64,000 nt of DNA from Octopus sinensis. Taxonomy: Eukaryota. The translations under genes were made by a program, and so were the position numbers. The stretch spans positions 26,598,001 through 26,662,000 of the forward strand of contig NC_043010.1 in the NCBI RefSeq assembly GCF_006345805.1, given 5' to 3'. Shown here piece after piece: positions 51,593 to 63,805 of this stretch. The stretch's first letter is position 1. Each line of letters begins with the position of its first letter. The notes beneath the pieces were generated by a model. It had not been told where the DNA came from. It did no database searches and saw only the letters and a list, made by a program, of their open reading frames with translations.

Positions 51593-52667
51593 TAGCTATG
51601 TTGACTCTAAGGCCCTTCGATTCTTATCCTTGTTTCCATACTTGAAACGTCTCCTCTAATTCTGATAGTGACTCAGCAATTAGAGCAAGGTCATCAGCAA
51701 AGAGGAGCTCCCAGGGGCATCCTGTCTTGAATTCCTCTGTTATTATCTGGAGGACTATGATAAATAGGAGGGGGATGAGGACTGAACCTTGGTGGACCCC
51801 TACCTCTACCCTGAATTCTTCAGTGTACTCGTTGCCAACCCTCACCTTACTGACAGCATCCCTGTACATGGCTTGCATGGCTCTCACTAACCATTCATCT
51901 ATCCCTAGTTTCCTCATTGACCACCAGATAAGGGATCGGGGGACCCTGTCAAAGGCTTTCTCCATGTCAACGAAAGCCAGGTACAGGGGCTTATCTTTGG
52001 CTAGGTATTTCTCCTGCAGCTGCCTTACCAGAAATATAGCATCAGTGGTGCTTTTCCCTGGCATGAAACTAAACTGCATCTCATCCAACCTGACTCTCTC
52101 CCTTCGTGACCTTCATTACCTGATCCAACAGCTTGATACCTCTGTAATTATTTGTATCTAAAGTGTCACCTTTACCTCTGTAGCAGTTGACTATTATGCT
52201 GCTACACCAGTCATTGGGTATGACTCCTTTGTGTATCACCTGGTTAACTATACGGGTGACTAGGCTATATTCGACACTGCCAGATATTTTGAGCATTTCT
52301 GCAGTAATTCTTGATGGGCCTGGGGCTTTCCCTGTCTTCATACTTTTAATTGCTTTATCTACCAAGATACTGTCAACTCGGATAGCTGGTCCCTCTGTTG
52401 GGTCGACATTCGGCAGACTCTCTTTATCCCATTCATTTTCCTTATTCAGAGCCTTTCATAGTGGCATCTCCAAACCTCTCTCTTTGCAGCCTCATTTAGT
52501 GCAAGAGAACCATCATTCATGCGAACACATTTCTCTCCTACAACATCATGATTCTCTTTCACACATTGTCTTGCTGCAACACGAAATACCTCAAGTCTTT
52601 GGTCTTCATGGCATAGAAATTGGCAAATTTTTTCTTATCTGCTTCCCCTCTGGCTAAAGAAACCTGC

Positions 52668-52699
<32 letters not shown>

Positions 52700-52709
<10 letters not shown>

Positions 52710-52944
52710 ATATATACCGGAGTAAACACATAAATGTGAAACAAGGTGGAAAAAAGAGTACTCGAATACCAGTAGTAGAGTAATATGCTTTATTTTAAGC
52801 AGCAGAAAATTCAACAAAATCTGTTACTCTGAGTTTCTCATTGCCGTTCATCAGACAGTTTTTGCTAGAAAAAACTGTCTGATGAACGGCAACGAGAAAC
52901 TCAGAGTAACAGATTTTGTTGAATTTTCTGCTGCTTAAAATAAA

Positions 52945-52945
<1 letters not shown>
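52700..52945. mobile_element. Near-perfect hairpin (76-bp arms) of a Penelope-like pLTR with two hammerhead motifs, in (TA)n
   Basis: 52788-52863 vs 52870-52945, one mismatch, 6-nt loop; motifs at 52821-52858 (-) and 52875-52912 (+). Confidence 0.85.
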
Positions 52946-52975
<30 letters not shown>

Positions 52976-52979
<4 letters not shown>

Positions 52980-53371
52980 CATGGCTGTGTGGTAAGAAGC
53001 TTGCTTCCCAACCACATGGTTCCAGGTTCAGTCCCTCTGTGTGGCACCTTGGGCAAGTGTCTTCTATTATTACCTCAGTCCAACCAAAGCCTTGTGAGTG
53101 GATTTGGTTGATGGAAAGTGAAAGAAGTCCATTGTGTATCTAAATATATATGTATATATATTTATGTGTGTGTATCTTTGTGTCGGTGTTTGTACCCCCA
53201 CCATCAGTTGACAACCAATGTTGGTGTGTTTATGTCCCCAAAACTTAGTGGTTTGGCATAAAATTCTGATAATAAGTACTAGGCTTACAAAGAATAAGTC
53301 CTGAGATTGAGTTGTTCAACTAAAGGCAGTGCTCCATCATGGCCAAATTCAAATGACTGAAATGTGTAAAA
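52976..53371 (+). mobile_element. Group A SINE
   Basis: Colinear with other copies. Confidence 0.85.
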
Positions 53372-53487
53372 CAGTGTATGTATGTTTGTATTTAAAATGA
53401 TGTATAACCCTAGTAGCAGTTACTGTGTTTCCTCTTCATAAAATTATAGATGTGGAAAATTTCCATTCTCCTTATCATTATTAATAC

Positions 53488-53518
<31 letters not shown>

Positions 53519-53975
53519 ATACAGTCCATGGTATTTATTCCTCTCCGACGACATATATACTTCACACAGTATGAAGTCTACAAGTTGTCAAGAAAAGAAG
53601 CTTATGGTTTCTTTATTATAAATATAAATTTGACATTTATTTAACGCCTCCGTACCTTCTAAATTCTTCCGTTTGTGCAATGAATTATCACTGAAGGGGC
53701 AAAGAACTGTCAGATATGCTTCTATTCTTGTGATAATTCCTTGCAGAAACATAGAAATGTCTGAGTGTATGTGCATCACTCTGTCTGTCTGTTTGCCTGC
53801 GTATTTATCCATGAGTTTGTGTGTGTGTGAGTGAGTGTGCATGCATGTGTGTGTGTGTGTGTGTGAATGAGGGATCTCCTTCATTCCCACAAATACAAAA
53901 GGGGAGGCAGATTGTCTTTATGTTCTGTGTGCATTTTCATATTTCTGTCTATCTACCTATCTATTGATTTATCTC

Positions 53976-54048
<73 letters not shown>

Positions 54049-54062
54049 TTATCTCTATCTAC

Positions 54063-54111
<49 letters not shown>

Positions 54112-54195
54112 GATGAATATCTATATATATTCAACTTAAGTTGAAGGCACCAGAATTTAGTATAGTATTATCCATATAATTCAAAATGGGGTGAT

Positions 54196-54757
54196 TATAA
54201 TCAAAATGAGCAACAAGGATATCCAGAGGTAATGCAGTACGACCGTTTCATGCGACTCCATTTAATTGAACAATGCAAACATTACATCAGTTTTAAAATG
54301 TAGGGCAATCTTCAGCTGCACAAAAATATAGAATTTAGTTAAATTCAAAGGACGCATTTGTATAATTTTTTATCCAAGATCACCAAGAAGATAAGGAGAT
54401 AGACAAAGAACATGTTTTATCAACAACATCACAGTTGGAACTGAGATTTGTTTAAAAAAAGACACTGCTTATCACTTATTATTCCTGTTATTTAGATTTA
54501 TTTATGTGGATGGGGTTCAGTTTTAATTTATAGGCTAGTTTATCAAATCTAAGAGAAGACAGAGTGTATTAACATTTATGGATAGGGCAAAATAGATTGA
54601 CAATTTAAGTGGCAAGTCATAAATCTTGGTTTATGCAGCTGAAGATTGCTTTACATTTGAAATTGATGTAATGTTTGCATTGTTCCATCAAATGGAGTCG
54701 CATGAAACGATCGTACTGCATTACCTCTGGATATCCTTGTTGCTTATTTTGATTATA
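54196..54757. mobile_element. Foldback Penelope-like element with ~125-bp arms, each holding a hammerhead core
   Basis: tgcag-CTGAAGA...GAAA-CG[A/G]TCGT-A-ctgca at 54634-54720 (+) and 54233-54320 (-). Confidence 0.85.
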
Positions 54758-54873
54758 TATATATATATATTGGTAAAAACGGTAAGATAACAAAAGAAAG
54801 AAAGAGACCTCAATATTATCTAAATAGAGGAATTTATCTGTAAAATAATATGTGACAATTATTCAGTAGCCAA

Positions 54874-54934
54874 GATAAAACTCTGAGTTTCGGATGCCTA
54901 GGTGGAAATCCACACTACCATCTCTTCGGTTATC
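54874..54934 (-). ncRNA. Type-I hammerhead motif, C4 variant, inside a Penelope-like remnant (~54770-55090)
   Basis: gataa-CCGAAGA-gatg..catcc-GAAA-CTCAGAGT-T-ttatc. Confidence 0.7.
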
Positions 54935-55386
54935 TGGCCATCTGAAAACAATACAGAAAAAGGCATAAGGAAGTATACAAAGAGTAAACCACGTTCATAT
55001 ACGGACATACCCTTATGCACGCACGCGCACATGCACATGCCCATATATGCACATACCCGCACACGTCTATATATGCATACACACACACTCACGCACAAAA
55101 AGGATTGATACATATCTAAGAGATACCACCATGCTGGAAATAGCAGTGAAAACTTGACTCTAAAACCACATTAAATGTTCATACAACACCAGGAAAGAAG
55201 ACAAAGAAGCAAAATAAACTAGCAAAAAAAAATTTAATAATTTTAATAATAATTATTACCATTGAAGGTTTTTATTTCCATGCTGGCCACCTGATAAGAT
55301 CGGTATTTAAATAACGATCTTATCCTTATTTATATAAATATATATTTTTCTCTCCTTTTTTTTCTCTCCTTGTTTTTCCTGTGTCC

Positions 55387-55422
55387 CTTTCTGTAGAAGA
55401 GTGTAGGCTCGAAATGTAAAAG
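55387..55422 (+). ncRNA. Hammerhead-like motif, U6 variant
   Basis: cttt-CTGTAGA-a-gagt(gtag)gctc-GAAA-TGT-A-aaag; homologues at 3987-4022 and 6500-6533. Confidence 0.55.
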
Positions 55423-55508
55423 ACTTTTTCTATTCCTGAGCGTTATACTAATACATCTGTTTGTTTTGTACACCACCTGTCTTCGTCTTTTTTCTTCTCG
55501 TAAACTCT

Positions 55509-55577
<69 letters not shown>

Positions 55578-55578
55578 C

Positions 55579-55777
55579 TCAGTAATTCCTCGCCACATCG
55601 CGTTTTATTTTTTAAGCTTATGTTGATTCCTCTGTGGTGTTGCTTTGCATTTATAATAAAATAAAAAATATATACAAATTACAAAAATAATTTTAAAAAA
55701 ATATACAGTGCAGTACAGATTCTATTTTGCGGACGGTTTTGGAACTTAACACTCGCAATAGTTGAGGGATTACTGCA
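55579..55777. mobile_element. Possible pogo/Tigger-type MITE
   Basis: Ends CAGTAATTCCTC and reverse-complemented CAGTAATCCCTC; TA target sites degenerate. Confidence 0.4.
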
Positions 55778-55976
55778 TATATATAAAAATGCATTGTAAA
55801 TGAACCACTGGTAAAAAATGTATCCATATTAGGCACAGATCTTCTCTAAGTCTTCATCAGTTATCAACCAGAATATGGTAAGCCTCTGTGTCTTATACAT
55901 ATATGTTTTTTATCTGTTGTTTATTCACAATGCATTTTTTTCAATTATCATGTAACGGTATGCAACACACCACCAG

Positions 55977-56016
<40 letters not shown>

Positions 56017-56516
56017 CATCATATGTAAACAAACATAAGTTTGTTTTGGAAGCATTATAGAACAGGTAGAAAGATATATTTTTCAACATGTAAATACTGA
56101 TAGAGGGGTGTGAGTTTGATCCTCATGGCTGGTTGCCGACAAACTTTTCTGCTCTAAAAGGATTTTATCCTATATATGCTGTTCTATCAGTATCAATGCA
56201 TTGAAAAATATATCTTTCTACTCTCTTTTATATATATATATATATTTCCAAAAATGAGTTTAAAGGGGATATATTATCTTGGCGGTTGCTGTGTTTCCTC
56301 CTAATTTGGTTTCAGATGCTAGCTAATGACAATGGTCCTTTTGTGATACCTCAGTTAACAATAAGTTGCTAGGTGCTGGTAACTATTCTCATTTGGTAAA
56401 TCTGAGTGTCCTATTTAGGATGTGTGTAGGTCTAGAAAAGGATGTTGTAAATAACTGTTGAGTAAAATTATGGTTGTGAAAAATCTCCATTCTCCTTGAC
56501 ATTATTAATATATATA

Positions 56517-56584
<68 letters not shown>

Positions 56585-56637
56585 GCATATATATATATAT
56601 AGATAGATAGATAGATAGATAGATATATTTAAAAATA

Positions 56638-57074
56638 GGATAAAATCTTTATAAGAATTTATCAAGTAGTTAGCGTGAAAAACCTCATAAGGGAAAAATT
56701 TATTAATTATTTCCTTTAAATATATTTATTTACATTAAGGACATTACTATACATAAATGCTTCACTCTAGGAGGGACTCTTAAAGTCAAAATCTACCATA
56801 ATAAACACGTACCAAATGTGAGGGAATGCAACTCTCGAAGCGAGCCTTTTAAAAACAGATTCAGTTGCAAATCATATGATTTCATAATTAGTGTACATAA
56901 TGCACTTTTTAATCTGCAGTGCATGCATAATCAAGACATATAAAAATGAACAAAAAATCAACATACTAGACGAACAGCACAAATAAATATATCTAAAGGG
57001 AATAATTAATAAATTTTTCCTTTATGAAGTTTTTCATGCTAACTACTTGATAAATTCTTATAAAGATTTTATCC
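56638..57074. mobile_element. Foldback element with ~95-bp imperfect inverted arms
   Basis: GGATAAAATCTTTATAAGAATTTATCAAGTAGTTAGC at both ends in opposite orientation. Confidence 0.8.
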
Positions 57075-57084
57075 CCCCCTCCCA

Positions 57085-57534
57085 TCCGACCCAAAAATAT
57101 GGGATTTACAGCATATTAGGAGTCAGGGTACTTGATTCCACGCAAAAAATCCAAATTTTTTCCTTAGTGAAAATTTGGGTGGGGGGTGGGGGTGGGGCTT
57201 TCAAAACAAAATATGGGATTTGCAGCATATTAAGAGATCAGGGTACTTGATTCCACGCAAAAAATCTGGGTTTTTAAAAATTTTTTTGGTGAAAATCGTG
57301 CAGGTGTTAATCTGAAAATTTATCCCTTTTTTTTAGGACCAGAAAGATAATCCTTCTGCAACACCTGTATTTTTCTGAGATATCTTTAGTTAGTCATCAA
57401 GACTGGAGTGTCTCTTTCTAATATTACACCTACTGCAATAAATTTTTTTTATATATTAGTATCAGATAAAGTTGTATAAAAACAAAGATTTTTTTGTAAT
57501 AAATTAAGAAACAAATTCGGGTACTAATGGGTTA
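57085..57534. mobile_element. Possible piggyBac-like end with internal ~58-bp direct repeats
   Basis: CGGGTACTAATGGG-TTAA terminus; repeats at ~57093 and ~57207; opposite end not found. Confidence 0.35.
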
Positions 57535-59147
57535 AAAACCTGAAAACAAGTCGTGGGCAAGTGAGACAACTCACATCAGGTCCCTTTTTGGAGTGACAGA
57601 CATCGATGTTTCATCATTGTTGTGACTTTTCAATGCTGCATACCAAACAACATATTGCTGACTATAACTATATGCTAAACGGTTTAAAAGCCATCTGCTG
57701 GCATGTCCCAACATTTCATGCCATGGAAAAAATTCAAATATGAATTAGAAGTAGCTCAAGGTATATAACAAATTTGAACACTAATCCACAAGGCCTGTGT
57801 GTTGTTAGTTCATGTGTCAGCTCTGCATTTTAAGCGTAAAAGAATATATTCTCTCTGTGCTTGGTGTAAACAAAATAAAAACACCTGAACTCACAGACAA
57901 CTCACATCAAGTCATTTCTCGGAGCAAAGACATCGATGTTTCTTCATTCCTTTGACTTATTAATGTTGCATACTGAACAAGGCCTACTGCAACCCACATC
58001 ACCAACTATAGCAGGTTGAAAGAAAAGTGTAATGTTGAACCACCAGGATTCATAGTGGAGTTTGAGGAACTACAGCCAGTAGAGCCATATATAAGATATT
58101 AAAAAAAGAGAGTAAATTGTGCTTTAAAAAAGAGGAGGGAAAAAAGAGTAAAACAAAACGAAACTAATAGGAAAAAACACTGAAAAAGATAATAAACGGG
58201 AAGTAAGAATGTTCAAATGGTGCCGCATGTGAGTGGGGCGCATGCAGCCATTTCATCCCCATCGATTTCATTGTACATTTTACCATTTTTCATTTGTTTT
58301 GTGTTTTTGTCCCCACTGTGATGTTCTGTCTGTCTTTGTGCTGTTTCCTCTGTGTTTTGGCCCTAGTGCCAACTAAAGAGATCACATTACAGACTACGAC
58401 TTTGCTAAATGGTTTAAAAACCATTCACTGGCATGTCTCACCATTTCATGCCATGGAAAAAAATATGAATTTGAAGCAGCCCGAGGTATATAAACGAAAC
58501 TGAACACACATACACAAGGCATGTGTGTTGTTATATCTGTTGATTAAGCAGAAGCAATTAATCACAAGACTCAAATAAATGAATACATTATAACTGAAAG
58601 GCTGTGATTTCCAGGACTCAGAGTTACTCTTTTCCAATCACCAGCTGGTAAACCAAGCTTAGTTTTCTTTTGAAATATTCATTGTTTGAATATTTTTTGA
58701 AATAAGAAATACATGTTTGAAGGAAACATTTATCTTTATGTTTGTTTTCCTCGTATGGGATGATCACTTTGACAGAATCAATCTGAAGATTGCATTGTGC
58801 TGCAATGCCCTCTTTGACCTGGTTTTTATGGCTAGATTCCCTTCCTGATGGCAACCATTTTACAGCGTGTACTTGGTGCTTTATTTCATGTCACCAGCAC
58901 TGGTGAAGTTACTATACAGCTCAATATATATATATATATATATATAAGACATTGTACAATGCTCTACTCCCAGTACAATGCATTTTATACTAGAAACAGC
59001 TGTAAAGTAATGAAGGCAATTATATAAGTCCTGTTCTTTTCTCATTCATTTACTAATATTATACTTAGTACTATCCTGATGCTACTAAAGCATAAAAATT
59101 GAGTTCTAACAACTGGCTATTATTACATTATGCCTAAAGAAAATCAT

Positions 59148-59192
<45 letters not shown>

Positions 59193-59196
<4 letters not shown>

Positions 59197-59392
59197 GGCA
59201 AATTTGTTGTTGAAAATGCACCTAAATTTGAAAAACTTGCAATTATTTAAAATAAATTTATTTACATATACACCAAACTAGTTTCAACAATTAACAACTG
59301 AGACTTGTTTGGTCTATGTGCAAATAAATTTATTTTAATCAATTACAAGTTTTTCAAATTTAGGTGCATTTTCAACAGCAAATTTGCCTATA
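59193..59392. repeat. Foldback hairpin, ~90-bp arms
   Basis: ATAGGCAAATTTG.TGTTGAAAATGCACC and its reverse complement; centre retains GAAACTAGTT (3' half of a hammerhead). Confidence 0.8.
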
Positions 59393-59428
59393 TTTTTTCC
59401 TGCATGGAAATACACACCCTCTTTTGTT

Positions 59429-59841
59429 AGTGGCTGTGTGGTAAGTAGCTTGCTTACGAACCACATGGTTCCGGGTTCAGTCCCACTGTGTGGCACCTTG
59501 GGCAAGTGTCTTCTACTATAGCCTCGGGCCAACCAAAGCCTTGTGAGTGGATTTGGTAGGCAGAAACTGAAAGAAGCCCATCATATATATGTATATGTGT
59601 GTATATGTATATGTGTGTGTGTGTATGTGTGTGCGTATACGTTTGTGTGTCTGTGTTTGTTGCCCCTAATTGCTTGACAACCAATGCTGGTGTGTTTACG
59701 TCCCCGTAACTTAGTGGTTCGGCAAAAGAGACCAATAGAAAAAGTACTAGGCTTACAAAGAATAAGTTCTGGGGTTGATTTGCTCGACTAAAGACGGTAC
59801 TCCAGCGTGGACACAGTCAAATGACTGAAACAAGTAAAAGA
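59429..59841 (+). mobile_element. Group A SINE, full length
   Basis: Colinear with other copies. Confidence 0.9.
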
Positions 59842-59866
59842 GTGTATATATATATATATATATATA

Positions 59867-60014
59867 TAGACCGGGCATTGCATTGTGTTCTTGAGCTGAG
59901 ATCATTTCATCATCTTACATGTGGCACCCAGTTGCACCAGTACAGGTAATGTCGATTTGCTAGAGGGAGTGAGCTTATGTCTGCACAAACATTTGATCAC
60001 TGTAAACAAATCAT
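59867..60014 (+). repeat. 148-bp exact copy of 60597-60744 embedded in (TA)n
   Basis: Base-by-base identity read directly; offset 730. Confidence 0.9.
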
Positions 60015-60532
60015 ATATACATATATGATTGTATGTATGTAGCTATCTTTTATCTAAGTATGATATTCTTTGAGGGAAGTTCCTTGCAATACTTTTCCAG
60101 CATGAGTTTCATGAATTCTCCCCTCTTATTCTCAAAGTCAGGAAATGCCCTGAGATCGAACAAATGACTGGTCCATTTGAAACCTGTCATTTATGACAGT
60201 TTTGCTCGTCGAGAGGGATTGGATTGGATTGCCTGTGGTCAGTCCACTGACCATTTTCTCTCCTGCAACCATGATCTGATGTGGAGGTTGTGAATTTGAG
60301 CTTGAGTTTATACCAGTTTGATGAACCCACTCTTGTTCGCTGGCTTGACATCGCTTAGCAGAGAGGTGCAGTTTCTATACTCTTAGCTAGAAGTAGTTAA
60401 GTCGATTACATTGACCCCAGTGTACAACTGGTACTTATTTCACTGACCCCAGAAAGATGAAGAGCAAAGTCTTTCTCTCTCCCTCTCTCTCTCTCCCTCT
60501 CCCTCTCCCCCTCTCTGTATGTGTGTGTGTAT

Positions 60533-60812
60533 GAAGGCACACGACTTAGTGGTTAAGGTGCTGCAATTATGATTGTGAGATCGGTGGTTCAATTCCTAGA
60601 CCGGGCATTGCATTGTGTTCTTGAGCTGAGATCATTTCATCATCTTACATGTGGCACCCAGTTGCACCAGTACAGGTAATGTCGATTTGCTAGAGGGAGT
60701 GAGCTTATGTCTGCACAAACATTTGATCACTGTAAACAAATCATCTGTGTAGTTGTTCGGTAAGAAATTGTCAAACCCTCATATGTCATCTAACAACGGG
60801 AGAGTCTAGGCA
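60533..60812 (+). mobile_element. Diverged group D-related tRNA SINE
   Basis: A-box-like GACTTAGTGG, B-box GGTTCAATTCC, TGTGTTCTTGAGC. Confidence 0.7.
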
Positions 60813-60819
60813 TGGCTTA

Positions 60820-60947
60820 TAGGCACAGGCGTGGCTGTGTGGTAAGTAGTTTGCTTACCAACCACATGGTTCCAGGTTCAGTCCCACTGTGTCTCAGGCC
60901 GACCAAAGCTTTGTGTGTGGATTTGGTAGACGGAAACTGAAAGAAGT

Positions 60948-60992
<45 letters not shown>

Positions 60993-61190
60993 GTATGTAT
61001 ATATATGTATGTGTGTTTGTCCTTGCCAACACTGCTTGATAACTAATGCTGGTGTGTTTACGTGTCCATAACTTAGTGGTTTGGCAAAGAGACCGATAGA
61101 ATAAGTACTAGGCTTATAAAGAATAAGTTCTGCAGTCGATTTGTTCAACTAAAGGTGATGCTCAAGCATGACTGTAGTCAAATAAAAGGA
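60820..61190 (+). mobile_element. Group A SINE with internal deletion
   Basis: Head and tail colinear. Confidence 0.85.
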
Positions 61191-62001
61191 AAAACACACA
61201 TATATATGTGCAAACACACACACGCACACACACAAACCACACATCCATAATAAGAGTAGGAATGGAGAATATCAAATCTTTAATTGGTGATTACACCATC
61301 CAATGCGGATGAGTGTTTCTAGTGTATCAGCAAATTTAGATACAGAAAAAAGTCAAATAAATATATCTGAAAGCTTATGCTAACACAACGTTACCATAGC
61401 AGTCCAAAATTCAAAGTGAACTGAGAAAATATCTCCATTAGGTGACTGCATGTAAAAAGAATGTTTAGAAGAAAAATAATGGAAATGATTATCAGTAATT
61501 CATGGTGCAATCACAGATTAAATATGTGAACCCTTCCATTCCTGCTCCTGCTGTCCCACACACCTCTTGAAACTCTTCCAAGCAATACCCTGATTCACCT
61601 GTCACACATGATGAATTATTCCGGATGTCAATTCCACCCGAATCCTTCGGCATCCAACTGTTTGATATACCCAATCAAATTCCATCCAACACCGAACACT
61701 TTACACACATCTGCCTCGACCTATCAATCCCTCCACCCTCCCACACATAAAATTAAAGACGTGATTTTCTCCATTCTTATTTTTGTTGTCTCATATTCCG
61801 AATTTCTTGAACCTGAATATCACTTCTTCTTCTTCTAAGCAATATTTGGATTTACTTGTCATTTATGAAGAATTACCATGGATGTTTATTCTACTTGCAT
61901 ATATTGGTATCTGATTGCTTTGATATATACTTAACCAAATTCATTTAACACTAAGTGCTTTATAAATATCTGTCAGGATATATTTCGCTTATACATGTGT
62001 A

Positions 62002-62420
62002 TAAGTGCAGGCGTGGCTGTGTTGTAAGAAGCTTGTTTCCCAATCACATGGTTTCGGGTTCAGTCCCACTTCATGGCACCTTGGGCAAGTGTCTTCTGCT
62101 ATAGCCTCAGGCTGACCAAACCCTTGTGAATAGATTTGGTAAACGGAAACTGAAAGAGGCCCGTCGTATATGTGTGTGTGTGTGTGTATATATGTTATGT
62201 ATGTATATGTTTATGTGTCTGTGTTTGATCCCCACCACCATTGCTTGACAACCAATGTTGGTGTGCTTACGTCCCCATATCTTAGCAGTTTGGCAACAGA
62301 GACTGATAGAATAAGTACTAGGTTTACAAAGAATAAGTACTGGAGTTGATTTGTTCAACTAAAGGCAGTGATCCAGCATGGCCGCAGTCAAATGACTGAA
62401 GCAAGTAAAAGAATAAAAGA
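62002..62420 (+). mobile_element. Group A SINE
   Basis: Head, microsatellite and tail. Confidence 0.85.
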
Positions 62421-63541
62421 ATATATATACACATGCAAACAGGCACACACACACACACACACACCCACACATGCATGCACATGCACACACGTGCACACAC
62501 TCACACATGCACATGCACACACAAGCACACACTCACACACACATGCACACACATGCAATATAGGCGCTCACGCCAACACTATATAGCCACTCTCTCATTT
62601 TGTGGTTTCATCCATACTGCTTATCAAACCTGAAAGCTTCTGACTCAAACCAACAAAGAGAGTCTCTAAGTGGTTGCTTGCCCTGCTAGAAATAGCGGAA
62701 AAATCTTGCTCAAATTCCAGTATCTTAAACAAGAAAGGCACACTGGACAGTGTAGTCCAGATCTCCCTAAAACGATACAAAAGTTCTTCATTGCACATTT
62801 GCTCAGTTAACTTTAATCAGCAGCAATAACAACAACAACAGCTTTCTTGACCATCTTCTACCACTGGTAATCTTCCACTCAGGACCAGTGGAGCTTTTCT
62901 ACCAAGCCCTCTTCATCCATTCACCTTATTTAACCACACCTGTAAAACCTCTCCCCCTTTATACTTAAGATAATATTTTTTATGCTCATCTGCTTCCTTT
63001 CAGCTGGCTTGTATTTTATATTTACATGCAGAATATTTTACATAGATAAAAATATTAATATTTCTAAATCTAAAAATATTAATATTTCTAAATCTCTCTA
63101 AAGGAGACTACGGCAGCAGTACTGGATATTAATAGTTATTGCCAAACTAACGTGGCAGTCCAGAGAAATTGGACAAAAGCTGCTGTTGATTAGCTCCAAG
63201 AAGCCATCGTCTCTAGCTAGCTATGTGACACACAAACCTGTGACCATTACAACCTTCAAACAGGGGAGGTCAGCAGCTTCCCCTTGCTGGTTCAACATCC
63301 ACAGAATTTTGCTTGTATCTTCATCTTAATTCTTTGTTTGTCTTGATCCCACTCTCATCTCGATCTCTAATCCATCTTGATCCTATGCACAACATGATCT
63401 TCTACACATCTTGGTCCTACATTTGTCATAATCCTATGCAAGTCTTAATCCTAATCGTACTTTGATTTCATGTTGATCATCATTATCATCATTTCATGTT
63501 GATCATCATTATCATTATCAAGATTATCATTATCTCGTATA

Positions 63542-63805
63542 CAGGGTTGGCCAAACGTCACCTGACAGTAAATCAAAACCATTTAATTCCAAGATTTATT
63601 TATGTGAGCATAGAAGGTGGACATTATTAAGTTCATTCAACAATTGAATGAATTTAGTAAAAACATCTAAATATGAAACATCATGAAAATAGTTCAAACA
63701 GAAGTCGTCCTTGAGTGACACATTTTTCCATTTGTGTCAATACAGAACTACAGATAGTATTTATGGAATCTTGGTTTACTGTCAGGTGACTTTTGGCCAG
63801 CCCTG
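63542..63805. mobile_element. Tc1/mariner-type MITE, 264 bp
   Basis: TA-flanked ~33-bp TIRs CAGGG[T/C]TGGCCAAA[C/A]GTCACCTGACAGTAAA; - strand MEKCVTQG remnant resembles a transposase C-terminus. Confidence 0.8.

Larger units (their letters stand above)
48877..52670 (-). mobile_element. RTE-clade LINE, 5'-truncated and frameshifted, interrupted by a mariner
   Basis: KMKTGKAPGPS, YRGIKLL, AFVDMEKAFDRV, VGVHQGSVLIPLLF, LFADDL, GLRVNIAKTKV (across the insertion), AMLHGSETW, WYGHV, GRPRK; 3' UTR with (TGA)n tail. Confidence 0.95.

Noticed and set aside
55851-55866. CTGATGA on the - strand as another hammerhead
   Set aside because: No stem II/GAAA/stem III follows
60050-61850. Protein-like interrupted frames at 60050-60380 (-) and 61260-61750 (+)
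   Set aside because: Multiple stops and no motif I can recognise; possibly very old transposon debris, cannot be supported without a search
63045-63530. Short tandem duplications (~24 bp at ~63048 and ~26 bp at ~63466) and a cryptic CATCTTGATCC-like repeat
   Set aside because: Ordinary slippage products with no further structure
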